Assembly: GCA_020429915.1 (NCBI GenBank)
Contig: JAGQKV010000018.1
Coordinates: forward strand, 5,770-69,769
Reading direction: 5' to 3'
DNA from: Candidatus Omnitrophota bacterium
GTDB taxonomy: Bacteria > Omnitrophota > Gorgyraeia > Zapsychrales > Zapsychraceae
Length of the DNA: 64,000 nt
The notes under the pieces were generated by a model. It did not search any database, was not told where the DNA came from, and worked only from the letters and a program-made list of their open reading frames with translations. The position numbers were made by a program, and so were the translations under genes. This document shows, piece by piece, positions 29,285 to 39,835 of the stretch (the first letter of the stretch is position 1; each line of letters begins with the position of its first letter).

Positions 29285-29332
29285 CAGCCCCCTGGAGAGC
29301 AGCGAAACATTTCCGATATTAAGGAGCGCATA

Positions 29333-29776
29333 TTGTTCACCATTTCTCACCGGGTCGAAATAAAAACCGATCCGAAATCCGTATACCGCGCCCTCTCCAG
29401 CGCAGACGGGATATCGGGCTGGTGGAGCCGCACCGAGGGAGAATTTGAGGCCGGCGGGGAAATCGCCGTGCATTTCGACGCATCGGTCGTGACGCTGCAA
29501 GTCCTGCAGCAGAATCCCACCAAGATCGTTTGGCAGTGCCTGCAGGTGGAGCCGGAATGGGAAGACACCCAGATCCTTTTCGAATGGGAGGAACAGGACG
29601 GCCGGACGCTGGTTCACTTCCGGCATGAAATGTGGGCTGAGGAAACACCCTTGTTTGAACGCTGTTCCGCCGAATGGGCCGGCTATCTGCTCAGTCTGAA
29701 GGATTTGTTGGAAACCGGACAGGGCCGCCCCTATCCGGATAATGCAAGAATCAACAGTAGCCAGGGAGGGAGTTAA
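29333..29776 (+). CDS. SRPBCC-superfamily protein (Activator-of-Hsp90-ATPase homolog / AHSA1-like)
   Basis: Length and pattern (I.AS...V..ALT....I.GWW). Confidence 0.65.
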   Translation: MFTISHRVEIKTDPKSVYRALSSADGISGWWSRTEGEFEAGGEIAVHFDASVVTLQVLQQNPTKIVWQCLQVEPEWEDTQILFEWEEQDGRTLVHFRHEMWAEETPLFERCSAEWAGYLLSLKDLLETGQGRPYPDNARINSSQGGS

Positions 29777-29778
29777 CC

Positions 29779-30093
29779 ATGCGCCGAACATTGCTGATCG
29801 GACTGGCCGTGATGTGTGTCGCCGGCTGCCAGACGTCCAAACCGCTGCACGTCGCGGCCAAGGATGTCCGGACCGCCTACGTCCGGCAAAACCCGCAACT
29901 CGAATCGCCGGTCAAACGGGCGATCCGCGGCGGCCGGGTGATCCCCGGCATGAGTAAGGACGATGTTGAAGCCTCCTGGGGAGAACCGTATCTGCGCGGG
30001 GGCAGCCGCTGGGAATACCGCGGCTGGCGCAATATTTATATCCTATTTAGCGGCGACCGGGTGACTTCGGTCAATTTTTATTCCAACCTTTAA
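29779..30093 (+). CDS. small lipoprotein, hypothetical
   Basis: Lipobox LAVMCVAGC. Starts 3 nt after the previous stop. Confidence 0.55.
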   Translation: MRRTLLIGLAVMCVAGCQTSKPLHVAAKDVRTAYVRQNPQLESPVKRAIRGGRVIPGMSKDDVEASWGEPYLRGGSRWEYRGWRNIYILFSGDRVTSVNFYSNL

Positions 30094-30370
30094 TACGTGA
30101 TGCACGGACCACGCCATGCTTACATTTGTCCTACTTATTGTCCTCGGCATGGCCGGGGTCTTTTTCGCCGAGATTAACGGTCACATATTCCAGGGCAAGC
30201 GCAACCTGCCGGTGCGTCAGATCCGGTTTCTGATCGGAAAAAAGGTGCTGCCGGCCTGGATGATCATCGTGTATGTCGCTGCCAATATCATCATCTGGGT
30301 CGGCGTCATCGGTGTGCTGGCCCGTATGTTCGGATAATTCACCACGTAGTGCGGAATAAAGTCATCTCCT

Positions 30371-31228
30371 ATGAAAAATGACGAACAGCATATCCAGGGA
30401 CACCCGAACCCGTTGCGGCGGCGGATGTTCGCTATCATCTTTGAGGCGGAAAACAGAGAGGGCCGTCTGTTCGATATTGTCCTGCTGTGGACCATTATCG
30501 TCAGCGTGCTGGCCGTTGTCCTGGAAAGTGTGGAAAGCATCCGCAACAACCACGGCGGCCTGCTGATTTTTCTGGAATGGGTATTCACCGTGCTGTTTAC
30601 GGTCGAATACGGGTTGCGCCTGTACTGCGTGCGCCGGCCGATTGTCTACGCGCGCAGTTTCCTGGGCATCATTGATCTATTGGCCATCCTGCCGACGTAT
30701 TTGGGGACATTTATCTTTCCCGGGGCCTCGTCGCTCTTGGTCATCCGTGCCCTGCGCCTGCTGAGGGTCTTTCGGGTCCTTAAATTGGCCCATTTACTGG
30801 ATGAGTACACGATCCTGCTGAAGTCCCTACGCGCCTCCCTGCACAAGATGGCCGTGTTTTTACTATGTATCCTGACGCTGGTGGTTATCTCCGGGACCGT
30901 GATGTACCTGATCGAGGGGGGAGAGAACGGGTTTACCAGCATACCGCGCAGCGTGTACTGGGCGATCGTCACCATGACCACGGTCGGGTACGGGGACATC
31001 GCCCCGCAAACGGTTCTCGGGCAGTTTATGGCATCGTTAATCATGATGACCGGCTATACGATTATCGTGGTCCCCACCGGGATCTTCTCGGTGGAACTGC
31101 ACCGGACGATCCACCGGCGTGAAACCTCAAGAGTATGCCCGGCGTGCACCAAGGAGGGTCATGCCGTTGATTCGCTGTTTTGCCGGTTTTGCGGCGAATC
31201 CTTGGGGCGACCGCAGGACCCCGCGTAA
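30371..31228 (+). CDS. voltage-gated-type potassium channel with C-terminal Cys4 zinc-ribbon
   Basis: S4-like RALRLLRVFRVLKLAHLL. Selectivity filter TVGYGD. C-terminal CPACTKEGHAVDSLFCRFCGESL. Confidence 0.85.
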   Translation: MKNDEQHIQGHPNPLRRRMFAIIFEAENREGRLFDIVLLWTIIVSVLAVVLESVESIRNNHGGLLIFLEWVFTVLFTVEYGLRLYCVRRPIVYARSFLGIIDLLAILPTYLGTFIFPGASSLLVIRALRLLRVFRVLKLAHLLDEYTILLKSLRASLHKMAVFLLCILTLVVISGTVMYLIEGGENGFTSIPRSVYWAIVTMTTVGYGDIAPQTVLGQFMASLIMMTGYTIIVVPTGIFSVELHRTIHRRETSRVCPACTKEGHAVDSLFCRFCGESLGRPQDPA

Positions 31229-31324
31229 CCGGCCGGCTTTCCGCCCGCAGACGGGAATCCAGAATTATCATTTGGGATTCGGACAGGTTCTGATAAAATA
31301 GGAGAAATTTTACAGGAAAAATCT

Positions 31325-31759
31325 ATGGAAGAAGATCGCCGCTGCGAAGGCTGCCGAAAAGACAAAGTGCTGGAACCGCCCGAGAGTAAAATGGGGGAGG
31401 TCATTCTGGTCGAAGTCGAGGAGAATTCCTTCGAACGTGACCTGAATGAGGCCCTCGGGAAGGCCCGCTACCAAGTCTTGGGCAAACAAAGCGAATATAT
31501 TTGCGACCGGTGCGTGTCCAACCGGCGCCGGAAGGAATACATCGGGCTATCGATTTTTTACGGTGTGTTGCTGATCCTGATATGGGTCATCAATGTTGAA
31601 ATTTACGTACAGATTCTGTTGATTGTCGGTGTCATCGGCACAGGATTGTATTTCTTTATGCGTGACCCGGACCGCGACATCCGGGACCAAATCCTCAAAG
31701 AAGCCCTCAAAACACTGGGCAAAACGCCCGTTACACGAAAAGAAGCCAAATACCTTTAA
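31325..31759 (+). CDS. zinc-ribbon plus two-TM hypothetical protein
   Basis: CEGCRKDKV ... CDRCVSNRRRKE, followed by two hydrophobic helices. Confidence 0.4.
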   Translation: MEEDRRCEGCRKDKVLEPPESKMGEVILVEVEENSFERDLNEALGKARYQVLGKQSEYICDRCVSNRRRKEYIGLSIFYGVLLILIWVINVEIYVQILLIVGVIGTGLYFFMRDPDRDIRDQILKEALKTLGKTPVTRKEAKYL

Positions 31760-31880
31760 TGCAGAGCCCCGCTTCCGCCATCGTCGGACGGGAACCGGCC
31801 CGGGGCAACCACGACCAGTCCGTTCAACACATCACCACATTTCGCAAACCGCAAACAACAATCAAAAGAAGGGAACGAAC

Positions 31881-32162
31881 ATGGCCAAAGCAAGCGCACG
31901 TCACATCCTCGTCAATTCCGAAGAAAAATGTCTTGAACTCAAACAGGAAATCGAGGGCGGTAAGGATTTTGCAGAGGTGGCCCAGGAACACTCGCAATGT
32001 CCGTCAAGCAAGCACGGGGGAGCATTGGGAGAATTCCAACCGGGCCAAATGGTACCGGAATTCGACACGGTGGTATTTAACGAAGAAGTCGGCAAGGTCC
32101 ACGGTCCGGTGAAAACACAATTCGGATACCACCTGGTGGAAATTACCAGCCGCGAAGACTAA
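31881..32162 (+). CDS. ppiC: parvulin-type peptidyl-prolyl cis-trans isomerase
   Basis: ASARHILV ... ELKQEIEGGKDFAEVAQEHSQCPSSKHGGALGEF ... FGYHLVEI. AAGAAGGGA RBS. Confidence 0.8.
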   Translation: MAKASARHILVNSEEKCLELKQEIEGGKDFAEVAQEHSQCPSSKHGGALGEFQPGQMVPEFDTVVFNEEVGKVHGPVKTQFGYHLVEITSRED

Positions 32163-32875
32163 TGAACAAAAGCCTGGTGACCAATGTCTCGGCCGGGCTG
32201 ATCATAGCGGCGGGATATTACGCGCCCGCCTATCAGCGGCAACTGCAGTCGATCGGTTTTTTCGCCCTGTCCGGCGCCTTGACCAACTGGCTGGCCGTGC
32301 ACATGCTGTTTGAAAAAGTCCCGTTACTCTACGGGTCCGGAGTTATCCCCAACCGGTTTGAGGAATTCAAGGGCGGCATCAAACAGCTGATCATGGATGA
32401 ATTCTTCACCGACGAGAACGTGGACAAATTTTTCAAGGGGCAGCAGGATTCCACCGCCGCCCGCATCAATGTCCAACCGCTGATCGCGGCGGTCGATCTC
32501 GACAAGATGTATGACCGGCTGGTGGAACTGATGATGAATTCCACGCTGGGCAACGTGCTGAGTGTTATGAAGGCGTCGCACGTTTTTGAGCCGCTGCGTC
32601 CGGCCTTCAAGAAGAAGATGGAAATCCTGCTGACGGACACCGCGCGCAGCCCGCGCTTCCTGGCCGCGCTGGAGGATAATATACTGCCCAGCCACGTCAG
32701 CCGTGAGGTCCTCGATAAAATCGAGGAGATCGTCGACCAGCGTCTGGATGAACTGACGCCCGATATGGTCAAGGAGATCATCCAGCGGATGATCCGCGAT
32801 CATCTCGGCTGGCTGGTGGTGTGGGGCGGGGTGTTCGGAGGGGTCATCGGTCTGGCGATGAGCTTTTTCGTCTAA
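32162..32875 (+). CDS. DUF445-like membrane protein
   Basis: N- and C-terminal TM helices with a helical middle. Family assignment made from memory. Confidence 0.5.
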   Translation: MNKSLVTNVSAGLIIAAGYYAPAYQRQLQSIGFFALSGALTNWLAVHMLFEKVPLLYGSGVIPNRFEEFKGGIKQLIMDEFFTDENVDKFFKGQQDSTAARINVQPLIAAVDLDKMYDRLVELMMNSTLGNVLSVMKASHVFEPLRPAFKKKMEILLTDTARSPRFLAALEDNILPSHVSREVLDKIEEIVDQRLDELTPDMVKEIIQRMIRDHLGWLVVWGGVFGGVIGLAMSFFV

Positions 32876-32908
32876 AGGCGGCCCGGGGGGACCGCCGCAA
32901 GGCACACC

Positions 32909-33544
32909 ATGTATTTTTCGCACAATAAATTAATGGCCGTGTGGCTGGCCGTTGTGATTGTTTTTCCGGGGACCACAACGGCATCTGCCGACGGCTTCCG
33001 TCCGGTAACGGAGGTCTTCAGCGTCAGCCCGCGCACCGGTCCGAACGCACAGACCCTGCCGTCCACTTGCTGGCACGCCGGGACCGGGCTGCGCCTCGGC
33101 TGCGCGCCCGAATGGACGGCGCGGGTGGAGGAGGAGACCGTCCGGTTGCGTATCTCTACGGATCCGTCCGTGGAACTTCTGCTGGCCTACCGCCGGCACA
33201 AACGGCCGGCGGGCATTCGTTTCGGCTGGGCGGAATTGCGCGCCCTGGACCGTTACCAGGGATGGTTTGACATGTCGCAACGCCATGAATGCGGCCGCAA
33301 ACTGGTTCAGACCATGGGTTATGTAAACGGTACGCCCCGCGGCCGCGCCTTTGACTACTATCTGGCCGACTGGGAAGGGATATACTCGGTACAGTTTACC
33401 GTGTCCCGGGCGGTTCAATTTGAGGATTACCGCCCCTTATTCGAGGAAATTATTGACAGTGTCGAATTTGTCGCCGACAATAGGGACACCGTTAATTTTC
33501 GCGCGCCGAATGCCCGGCAATGTCAAACCATAACTCGGGAGTAA
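32909..33544 (+). CDS. secreted hypothetical protein
   Basis: Signal peptide. No recognisable motif. Confidence 0.5.
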   Translation: MYFSHNKLMAVWLAVVIVFPGTTTASADGFRPVTEVFSVSPRTGPNAQTLPSTCWHAGTGLRLGCAPEWTARVEEETVRLRISTDPSVELLLAYRRHKRPAGIRFGWAELRALDRYQGWFDMSQRHECGRKLVQTMGYVNGTPRGRAFDYYLADWEGIYSVQFTVSRAVQFEDYRPLFEEIIDSVEFVADNRDTVNFRAPNARQCQTITRE

Positions 33545-33549
33545 ATGTG

Positions 33550-34098
33550 ATGGATTGCCCCCAATGCCACAGTGAACTCATGCAGGTCGACTTTAAGGGC
33601 GTTATTATCGGTGAATGCCCCACCTGTCACGGCCGTTGGTTTGACCGCGGAGAACTGAAAAAGGCCAAGGACCACACCGATGAGGATCTCGGTTGGATCA
33701 ATTTCGACCCCTTCGACCAGGAGGTCCCGCAGACCAACGACACCCCGGACGGCACCCTGTGCCCGCAATGCCAAACCGAAATGCATTCCCTGCCTTACAG
33801 CGACTCCGATATCATCATTGACAAATGCGCGATCTGCCACGGCATTTGGCTGGACCAAAACGAATTTGAAAAGATTATCGGCTATTTGGAAGACTTTGTC
33901 TCATCGGAGACGGCGTCGGACCTGGCGAAGGAGTCGCTGCATCAGCTGGAAGACATCCTGCTTCACAAGAAAAATCTGTCTACCGGATTCCGTGATTTTC
34001 TGGTGGTTTCCAAACTGCTGGGCACCCGGGTGGGCGTAGAGCATCCGAAGCTGTCCGCCGCGATCAATAAAATCTTTGTGTACTTTCCGTTTTTGTAG
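33550..34098 (+). CDS. tandem zinc-ribbon (zf-TFIIB-like) domain protein
   Basis: Two copies of CPxC...16 aa...CPTCHGxWxDxxE (MDCPQCHS ... ECPTCHGRWFDRGEL; CPQCQTEM ... CAICHGIWLDQNEF). Confidence 0.65.
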   Translation: MDCPQCHSELMQVDFKGVIIGECPTCHGRWFDRGELKKAKDHTDEDLGWINFDPFDQEVPQTNDTPDGTLCPQCQTEMHSLPYSDSDIIIDKCAICHGIWLDQNEFEKIIGYLEDFVSSETASDLAKESLHQLEDILLHKKNLSTGFRDFLVVSKLLGTRVGVEHPKLSAAINKIFVYFPFL

Positions 34099-34104
34099 AA
34101 TTCC

Positions 34105-34365
34105 ATGGGCAACGTATCCGTCACGCACCTCGATAAGAATGATTTTGAAGTGACCGTACGTGAAGGCACGACGACACGGCATATTGTGACGGTGACGGAC
34201 GCCTATCACCAAAGGCTTACCGGAGGCAGGCTCTCCAAAGAAGAACTGCTGAAAAAATCGTTCGCGTTTCTGTTGGAACGGGAAAGCAATACCATGATCC
34301 TGAGCCGCTTTGAACTGCCCGTCATTCAACGCTATTTCCCGGAATACGAAGGGACGATCGGTTGA
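34105..34365 (+). CDS. small hypothetical protein (first of a coupled pair)
   Basis: Its stop overlaps the next start (ATGA). Confidence 0.45.
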   Translation: MGNVSVTHLDKNDFEVTVREGTTTRHIVTVTDAYHQRLTGGRLSKEELLKKSFAFLLERESNTMILSRFELPVIQRYFPEYEGTIG

Positions 34366-34670
34366 TGGATGTGACCGGATTCAAAGAATCCCTGACCGGC
34401 GCGTCACCTCCGGCCGGATGCTCCGAACTTCTGGCAGCATTATGGTGGGACGCCAAGAATGACTGGGAACAAGCGCACCGCATCGCTCAGGATATATCCG
34501 GGCCGCAGGGGGCGCGGATTCACGCTTATCTGCATCGAAGGGAGGGAGACCGGTCCAATGCGGCTTATTGGTACTCCCGGGCCGGTCAATCGCCTTATCG
34601 CGGCGGGCTGGAGGCGGAGTGGGAGGATCTGGTCCAAACGTACTTAACGGAGGGGCCGGCCCCAAATTAA
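34362..34670 (+). CDS. small hypothetical protein (second of a coupled pair)
   Basis: Trp/Tyr-rich (LAALWWDAKNDWEQAHRIAQ ... HAYLHRREGDRSNAAYWYSRAG). Confidence 0.45.
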   Translation: MMDVTGFKESLTGASPPAGCSELLAALWWDAKNDWEQAHRIAQDISGPQGARIHAYLHRREGDRSNAAYWYSRAGQSPYRGGLEAEWEDLVQTYLTEGPAPN

Positions 34671-34774
34671 GGAGACGCTCCCGGTTCAAGGCAACGCTTG
34701 CCAAAGGCCGTTGCCGTGTGCTAAATTTGTGAGGGATCTGTTCCCCTACTAATATCTTTTACGGAGGTAAATTC

Positions 34775-35371
34775 ATGTCGAAGTCTCATTTCATCATCGC
34801 CGCGGCTGCGGTATCTCTGTTGCTGCTGTTTCCGTCCGCCAGCACGGCCAAAGACACCCAAGGCTTCGGCACCTTAAAGAAAATCGATTTCAAGGGCCAG
34901 CGCATGCAGGTTTCCGAGTATAACTGGGATACCCATGAAATTGATGATGTTATGTATCAATACAACTCCCGAAGTATAGAAGTCTTTAATATTGAGAAGA
35001 TTAACGATTTGAAGCCCGGCGATGAACTGGAATTTGAATGGAAGCCGAAAGGTAACGCCAAGATCATCACGAGGCTCTCCAAAGGCCCGTTTCCCATGGA
35101 GGCCCTGGAACTCTTGTGGGATCCCAACGTAGAGTTTGATCTGGAGGGCGCCGTCGCCGAGGGAGGCATGACAGAAGGCACTGCTCCCGAGAGTGCCGCC
35201 ACCGGAGAAACTACCCAAGAGGGAACAGCCATGATCGATAACTCTATGGAGGTGATCACCGAAGAAGGCGCACCCGAAGCTGTCGCTATGGAAGAAGCGC
35301 CGGCCGAAGAGGACGAAACCGCCATCGACTCCGAAGCCCCCGCAGAAGTCCCGGCAGAACCTCAACAATAG
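34775..35371 (+). CDS. secreted protein with acidic low-complexity C-terminus
   Basis: Signal peptide. The C-terminal ~90 aa are E/A/P/T-rich. Confidence 0.55.
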   Translation: MSKSHFIIAAAAVSLLLLFPSASTAKDTQGFGTLKKIDFKGQRMQVSEYNWDTHEIDDVMYQYNSRSIEVFNIEKINDLKPGDELEFEWKPKGNAKIITRLSKGPFPMEALELLWDPNVEFDLEGAVAEGGMTEGTAPESAATGETTQEGTAMIDNSMEVITEEGAPEAVAMEEAPAEEDETAIDSEAPAEVPAEPQQ

Positions 35372-35476
35372 CAAAGCGTTCCGGATCTGCCGCCGAGAAA
35401 ACCGAAGATTTCCCCGCGTGTTTCCTCTGAGCTTATCCTTGAAAGTCCCCACACCTGCCTCTATAATAACGGAGAA

Positions 35477-36343
35477 TTGTCAAATCACATGAACACAGCA
35501 GCCATCCATAGCCTTGTGCGGCAGGCCCTGCGTGAGGACCGGGCCGCTCAGGACATCACCACTCTGTCCCTGATTCCCGCCCGTCAGTTCGCCTCGGCCC
35601 GGATTATTTACCGGCAGGAGGGGACCGTTTGCGGGCACCGGCTGGCTCGCGAGATTTTTCGCAAATTGGACCCCGGAGTCCGCTATAAGGCGCTGATCAA
35701 AGACGGAGAAGAAGCAGCCAAAGGCAGCGCCGTGGCCCTGATACGGGCTAAAACGCGGGCCGTATTGAGCGGGGAACGGACGGCGCTGAATTTCTTCGGA
35801 CGCCTGGGCGGCATAGCTACTCAAACCCGACGATTTGTGAATGCCGTATCCGGGACAGGGTGCGCGATCCTGGACACGCGTAAAACAACCCCTACGTTGC
35901 GTGACTTGGAGCGCTACGCCGTTCGCTGCGGCGGCGGTCAGAATCACCGCTTTGACCTGCAGGAGATGGTGATGATTAAGGACAATCACCGGACCGCCTG
36001 CCGGCCGGAGGTCGACATTGCCGGCGCTATCCGCATCGTGCGGGCCAAGACCCGGCGCCGAATTGTGGCGGAAGTCGAAGATCTGGAAGAACTGGCCGCG
36101 GCATTGCTTGCCGCGCCGGATATCATATTGCTGGACAACATGCGTCCGGCCATGGTCGGCCAGGCCGTGGCCATCCGTAACCGGCTGAACAAGTCGATCC
36201 AATTGGAGGCCTCGGGCGGCATCACCCTGCGCAATGTGGCCCGGTACGCCCGGGCCGGCGTAGACCGGATTTCGCTGGGCGCCCTGACCCACTCGGCACC
36301 GTCCGTGGACGTTTCCCTGGAGTTGGATTATGATCCGAAATAA
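35477..36343 (+). CDS. nadC: nicotinate-nucleotide pyrophosphorylase (quinolinate phosphoribosyltransferase)
   Basis: [45 protein letters not shown]. Confidence 0.9.
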   Translation: MSNHMNTAAIHSLVRQALREDRAAQDITTLSLIPARQFASARIIYRQEGTVCGHRLAREIFRKLDPGVRYKALIKDGEEAAKGSAVALIRAKTRAVLSGERTALNFFGRLGGIATQTRRFVNAVSGTGCAILDTRKTTPTLRDLERYAVRCGGGQNHRFDLQEMVMIKDNHRTACRPEVDIAGAIRIVRAKTRRRIVAEVEDLEELAAALLAAPDIILLDNMRPAMVGQAVAIRNRLNKSIQLEASGGITLRNVARYARAGVDRISLGALTHSAPSVDVSLELDYDPK

Positions 36344-37010
36344 AACCCTCTATTTGACTGTGACGGTCATGCTTCTGGTCTCACCGGCAACCGCCCAGCA
36401 ACCGGCACCGGAAGGACCTAACGGGTTGATGATGTTCGACGACCGCAAGCTCCTCGATCGCGGGGCACAGCAATACGCCAAATACTCTAAAGAAATCCTG
36501 ATGGCGATGATAGACGACGACGCGCTGCCCAACGATTATCAGCGGGCCGCCTCGCTGCGGGTGTTCCGGGAAAACTATGCGGATGAAGTCGTATCCAAAG
36601 AGAAGAAGAATATCGAGAAGATCCTGCTGCGTCGCCTGAAGCGGACGGACTCCCCGTTTGTACAGGTCGAAATCATGCACACGCTGTGCCTGCTCGACCG
36701 CATCAAGTACCTGAAATCGATGGTGCCGGCACTGATCCAAAAACTCGATCACTACAATCCCACGGTCAATGATATGGCCTACAAAGCGCTGGAAGACATC
36801 GTCGAGAAAGGGGACAACCGGGCCCGTGAAGCCCGGATCTTCTTCAACACCCTGCGCAAAGTCCTCTTCCTGTCACGCAAGCGGCTGACCCAGGTGGTCG
36901 AACCGGACATGCGGTTGGCACAAAAATTGAAGTTGCTGCGCTGGTCGATCAAGGTGCTGGGCAACCAAGAGCTCGACAACCTCCCCAACGAGGTGTTGGG
37001 GCTTTTGTAA
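36330..37010 (+). CDS. secreted alpha-helical hypothetical protein
   Basis: Signal peptide [16 protein letters not shown]. Overlaps the nadC end by 14 nt. Confidence 0.5.
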   Translation: MIRNKTLYLTVTVMLLVSPATAQQPAPEGPNGLMMFDDRKLLDRGAQQYAKYSKEILMAMIDDDALPNDYQRAASLRVFRENYADEVVSKEKKNIEKILLRRLKRTDSPFVQVEIMHTLCLLDRIKYLKSMVPALIQKLDHYNPTVNDMAYKALEDIVEKGDNRAREARIFFNTLRKVLFLSRKRLTQVVEPDMRLAQKLKLLRWSIKVLGNQELDNLPNEVLGLL

Positions 37011-37016
37011 CCACTT

Positions 37017-38870
37017 ATGACCGACCGCCGCCCCGCCATTGATTCTTTTCCCTGGTTAATATTCGTCGCCCTGGCGCTGGCCGGTGCTCTTTTGTGGGGT
37101 ATGTTGCGGCTGCCCGAATTAACATATATCGATCTGTCGGTCAACCGCAAACAGGCGTTGGACATCGCCACCCGCTATGTGGCCGCGAATGAACCTCAAC
37201 TCGGCACCTACCGGCACGCGATCGTGTTTCAACGCGACACGCAGACCAGCGGCTACCTCAAAAGATCAATCGGCACCAAAAAGATGAAGGAGTTCCTGCG
37301 GAAGTATGACGTCGATCTCTTCTATTGGTCGGTACGTTTTTTCCGGGAGGGGCAGAAGGAACAGTACAAAGTTCTGGTGTCCTCGCGGACAGGCAAGGTC
37401 ATTTTCTATCAGCATCAAATCGAAGAAACCGAAAGAATCGAGGAAATCCCCAAGGACGGTGCCCGTGAACGCTCCAATGATTTTCTACACGAACGGTTCG
37501 GATTTCAGATCGAAAATTATACCCTGGTGGGAGACCTCTCAACGATCTACGATTTTCGCCGCGATCACACGTTTGCCTGGCGCCATAACCAGGTTAGCAT
37601 CCCGTGGAAGGATGGTGGTGGCACCGGAAAACTGCTGTCCAACATAACCAGTTCCGGGGATCAAATCCTTTCCTATGCCCATCATCATTTCAAGATCCCC
37701 GAGGATTACCAACGCGATATACAAAGCAAGCAGGTCGTCTCGCAGAACATCAATGCCGTCACCCGGATCTTTCATATGATCTTCATTATATCCGCAGTGT
37801 ATTTTGTGGTGGCTCGCAAAAACCATCTAGCCATGCATACGACCAAGTGGATGTATATCAAGATCGCCGCGGTCCTGTTTGCCTTGAACATGCTCGGTTT
37901 CTTCAATGCGTTCGAATCGATAATCACCCAATACCACACCACGTCGTCGATGAATTCCTATGTTATCCGCTTCCTGACCAATGCGCTGGTCGGAACCGTG
38001 ATGGCCGCCTTTTATGTGCTGATGCCGGGTTTATCGGGAGAACTCTTGCACTTTGAGATGGCCCGGTCCCAGCGTGAGGGAAGCCTCCTGAAATATATCC
38101 ATACCACGTTCTTTTCGCGTGAGGTCGCCAAATCCGTGCTTGCCGGATATTTGGTTTTTCTGGTGCTGCTGGGTTGCCAGGCGTTGTTGCTCGAAACAGG
38201 GGAGCGTTTCTTCAGCGTGTGGGTGGAGTATTCCTGGATGACCTCGCTGAGTACGTCTTATTTTCCGTGCCTCGCGGCGATCACCCTCGGACTGAATGCC
38301 AGTGTATCCGAAGAAGTCCTCTACCGGTTGTTCGGCATCAACGTGGGGAAGAAGTTCTTCAAGAATACGGCGGCTGCCGTGGTGATCTCATCGCTGTTGT
38401 GGGGATTCGCCCACACCACCTATCCGATTTATCCGATGTGGTACCGGGCTGTCGAGGTCTCAATTCTCGGATTTTTCATGGCCTTTATCTATCTGCGCTT
38501 CGGATTGATATGCACCATCGTCAGTCACTATGTCTTTAACGTGTTCTGGCATTCCACCGGATACCTGTTCGGATCGGCGCATATTGTTTATCTGGCCGGA
38601 GCCCTGTTTGCGCTCAGCCTGCCGATGCTATTCGCCGTGATCGCGTTTATCCTCAACCGCCGGGTGGACGAACGCCCGCTGCGCTGGCATCTGAACAAAC
38701 AGCAGGCATTTAACGTGACGGTCCTCACCGCCTATCTGCAGGCGCAGGCGGCGCGATTTCAGGGGCGGCCGGCGGCTGAAATCAAGAGCGAAATCGCGGC
38801 CAACGGGTGGGATTTTGCCGTGGTGGAGGTGGCGGTGGACGAGTTTCTCGGCCGGGAGGCGTCGCCGTGA
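37017..38870 (+). CDS. CPBP-family (CAAX/Abi) intramembrane metalloprotease with ~230-aa N-terminal extracytoplasmic domain
   Basis: Motif 1 EEVLYRLFG, motif 2 FAHTTY, motif 3 HYVFN. Multiple TM helices. Confidence 0.8.
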   Translation: MTDRRPAIDSFPWLIFVALALAGALLWGMLRLPELTYIDLSVNRKQALDIATRYVAANEPQLGTYRHAIVFQRDTQTSGYLKRSIGTKKMKEFLRKYDVDLFYWSVRFFREGQKEQYKVLVSSRTGKVIFYQHQIEETERIEEIPKDGARERSNDFLHERFGFQIENYTLVGDLSTIYDFRRDHTFAWRHNQVSIPWKDGGGTGKLLSNITSSGDQILSYAHHHFKIPEDYQRDIQSKQVVSQNINAVTRIFHMIFIISAVYFVVARKNHLAMHTTKWMYIKIAAVLFALNMLGFFNAFESIITQYHTTSSMNSYVIRFLTNALVGTVMAAFYVLMPGLSGELLHFEMARSQREGSLLKYIHTTFFSREVAKSVLAGYLVFLVLLGCQALLLETGERFFSVWVEYSWMTSLSTSYFPCLAAITLGLNASVSEEVLYRLFGINVGKKFFKNTAAAVVISSLLWGFAHTTYPIYPMWYRAVEVSILGFFMAFIYLRFGLICTIVSHYVFNVFWHSTGYLFGSAHIVYLAGALFALSLPMLFAVIAFILNRRVDERPLRWHLNKQQAFNVTVLTAYLQAQAARFQGRPAAEIKSEIAANGWDFAVVEVAVDEFLGREASP

Positions 38871-38986
38871 GCGTCCGCCGCCGGAGGCCCCCGAATTCCT
38901 TGCACGCACAGCTATTTTTGATATACTAGGGCAACGTTCCCACTCCGCCGACAACACGATCAGAAAGTCAAAAAACCGACGAAGCG

Positions 38987-39835
38987 ATGCTACTCAATCC
39001 ACTCACATTTCACGCCCCTACGTCGTTGAGCGAGGCCGTCCGCCTGATGGCCGAGCTCGAACACGTCAGGCTCCACGCCGGGGGGACATTTCTGCTGAAC
39101 CAGCTGAAATTGCTAAAGCGCAACGGTGCGCGGACGCCGGATCATGTCATCACCCTGCAGCATATCGCTGAATTGCGCGGGATTTCGCTGGACCGGGACG
39201 GTTTGCGTATCGGGGCCATGACGACCATCGCCGAGATCTTCGACCATCCGCTGGTCGCCGAGCACCTGCCGGTCCTCAAGACGGTTTGCCGCAATATCTC
39301 AACGCAACCGATTCGCAATATGGCCACTATCGGCGGTAATCTGACCTGCCGCTACACGTGGACCGAGATGCCGGCGGTAAGCCTCGGGCTGCGGGCGAGT
39401 TTGCATTTTGTGGACACCGCGATGAATGAGACCGCGGTCGATCCCCAGGAGTTCTTCGCCGGGCAGGCCAAGACCGACAAGTTGTTGACGGCCGTCCGGT
39501 TCCCACTGATCGCGGACCGGCGCTGCGCCTACCGGCGCGCCAAGAAGTCGCAGTTCGTCGATATCCCGATGTTATCGCTGATCATTTCTGCGGGCAGGGG
39601 AAAGGCTTCTTTAGAAGACTGCCGGGTCGCGGTCAATAACTGCGTCGAGTTTGCTCAACGCGATGCTGCCCTGGAAGAATTTCTGAATACCACGCCGGCC
39701 GGACCGGACCTACCGGCAGCCGCCCTGGATCATTTGACCGGGGAGATTTACGCCAAACGCGGAAGCGACTACAAAACACACCTCTTCCGGTTATATCTGC
39801 GGGAGGCCATCGAGGAGTTGATCAACGATGAGTAA
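38987..39835 (+). CDS. molybdenum hydroxylase FAD-binding medium subunit (CoxM/XdhB-like)
   Basis: AGGTFLL ... ATIGGNL FAD-binding pattern. Operon context. Confidence 0.85.
   Translation: MLLNPLTFHAPTSLSEAVRLMAELEHVRLHAGGTFLLNQLKLLKRNGARTPDHVITLQHIAELRGISLDRDGLRIGAMTTIAEIFDHPLVAEHLPVLKTVCRNISTQPIRNMATIGGNLTCRYTWTEMPAVSLGLRASLHFVDTAMNETAVDPQEFFAGQAKTDKLLTAVRFPLIADRRCAYRRAKKSQFVDIPMLSLIISAGRGKASLEDCRVAVNNCVEFAQRDAALEEFLNTTPAGPDLPAAALDHLTGEIYAKRGSDYKTHLFRLYLREAIEELINDE

Noticed and set aside
28595-29791. 398-aa minus-strand ORF
   Set aside because: Antisense to elbB and the SRPBCC gene, which both have clear family motifs.
35480-36292. 270-aa minus-strand ORF
   Set aside because: Mirror image of nadC, which has unambiguous motifs on the + strand.
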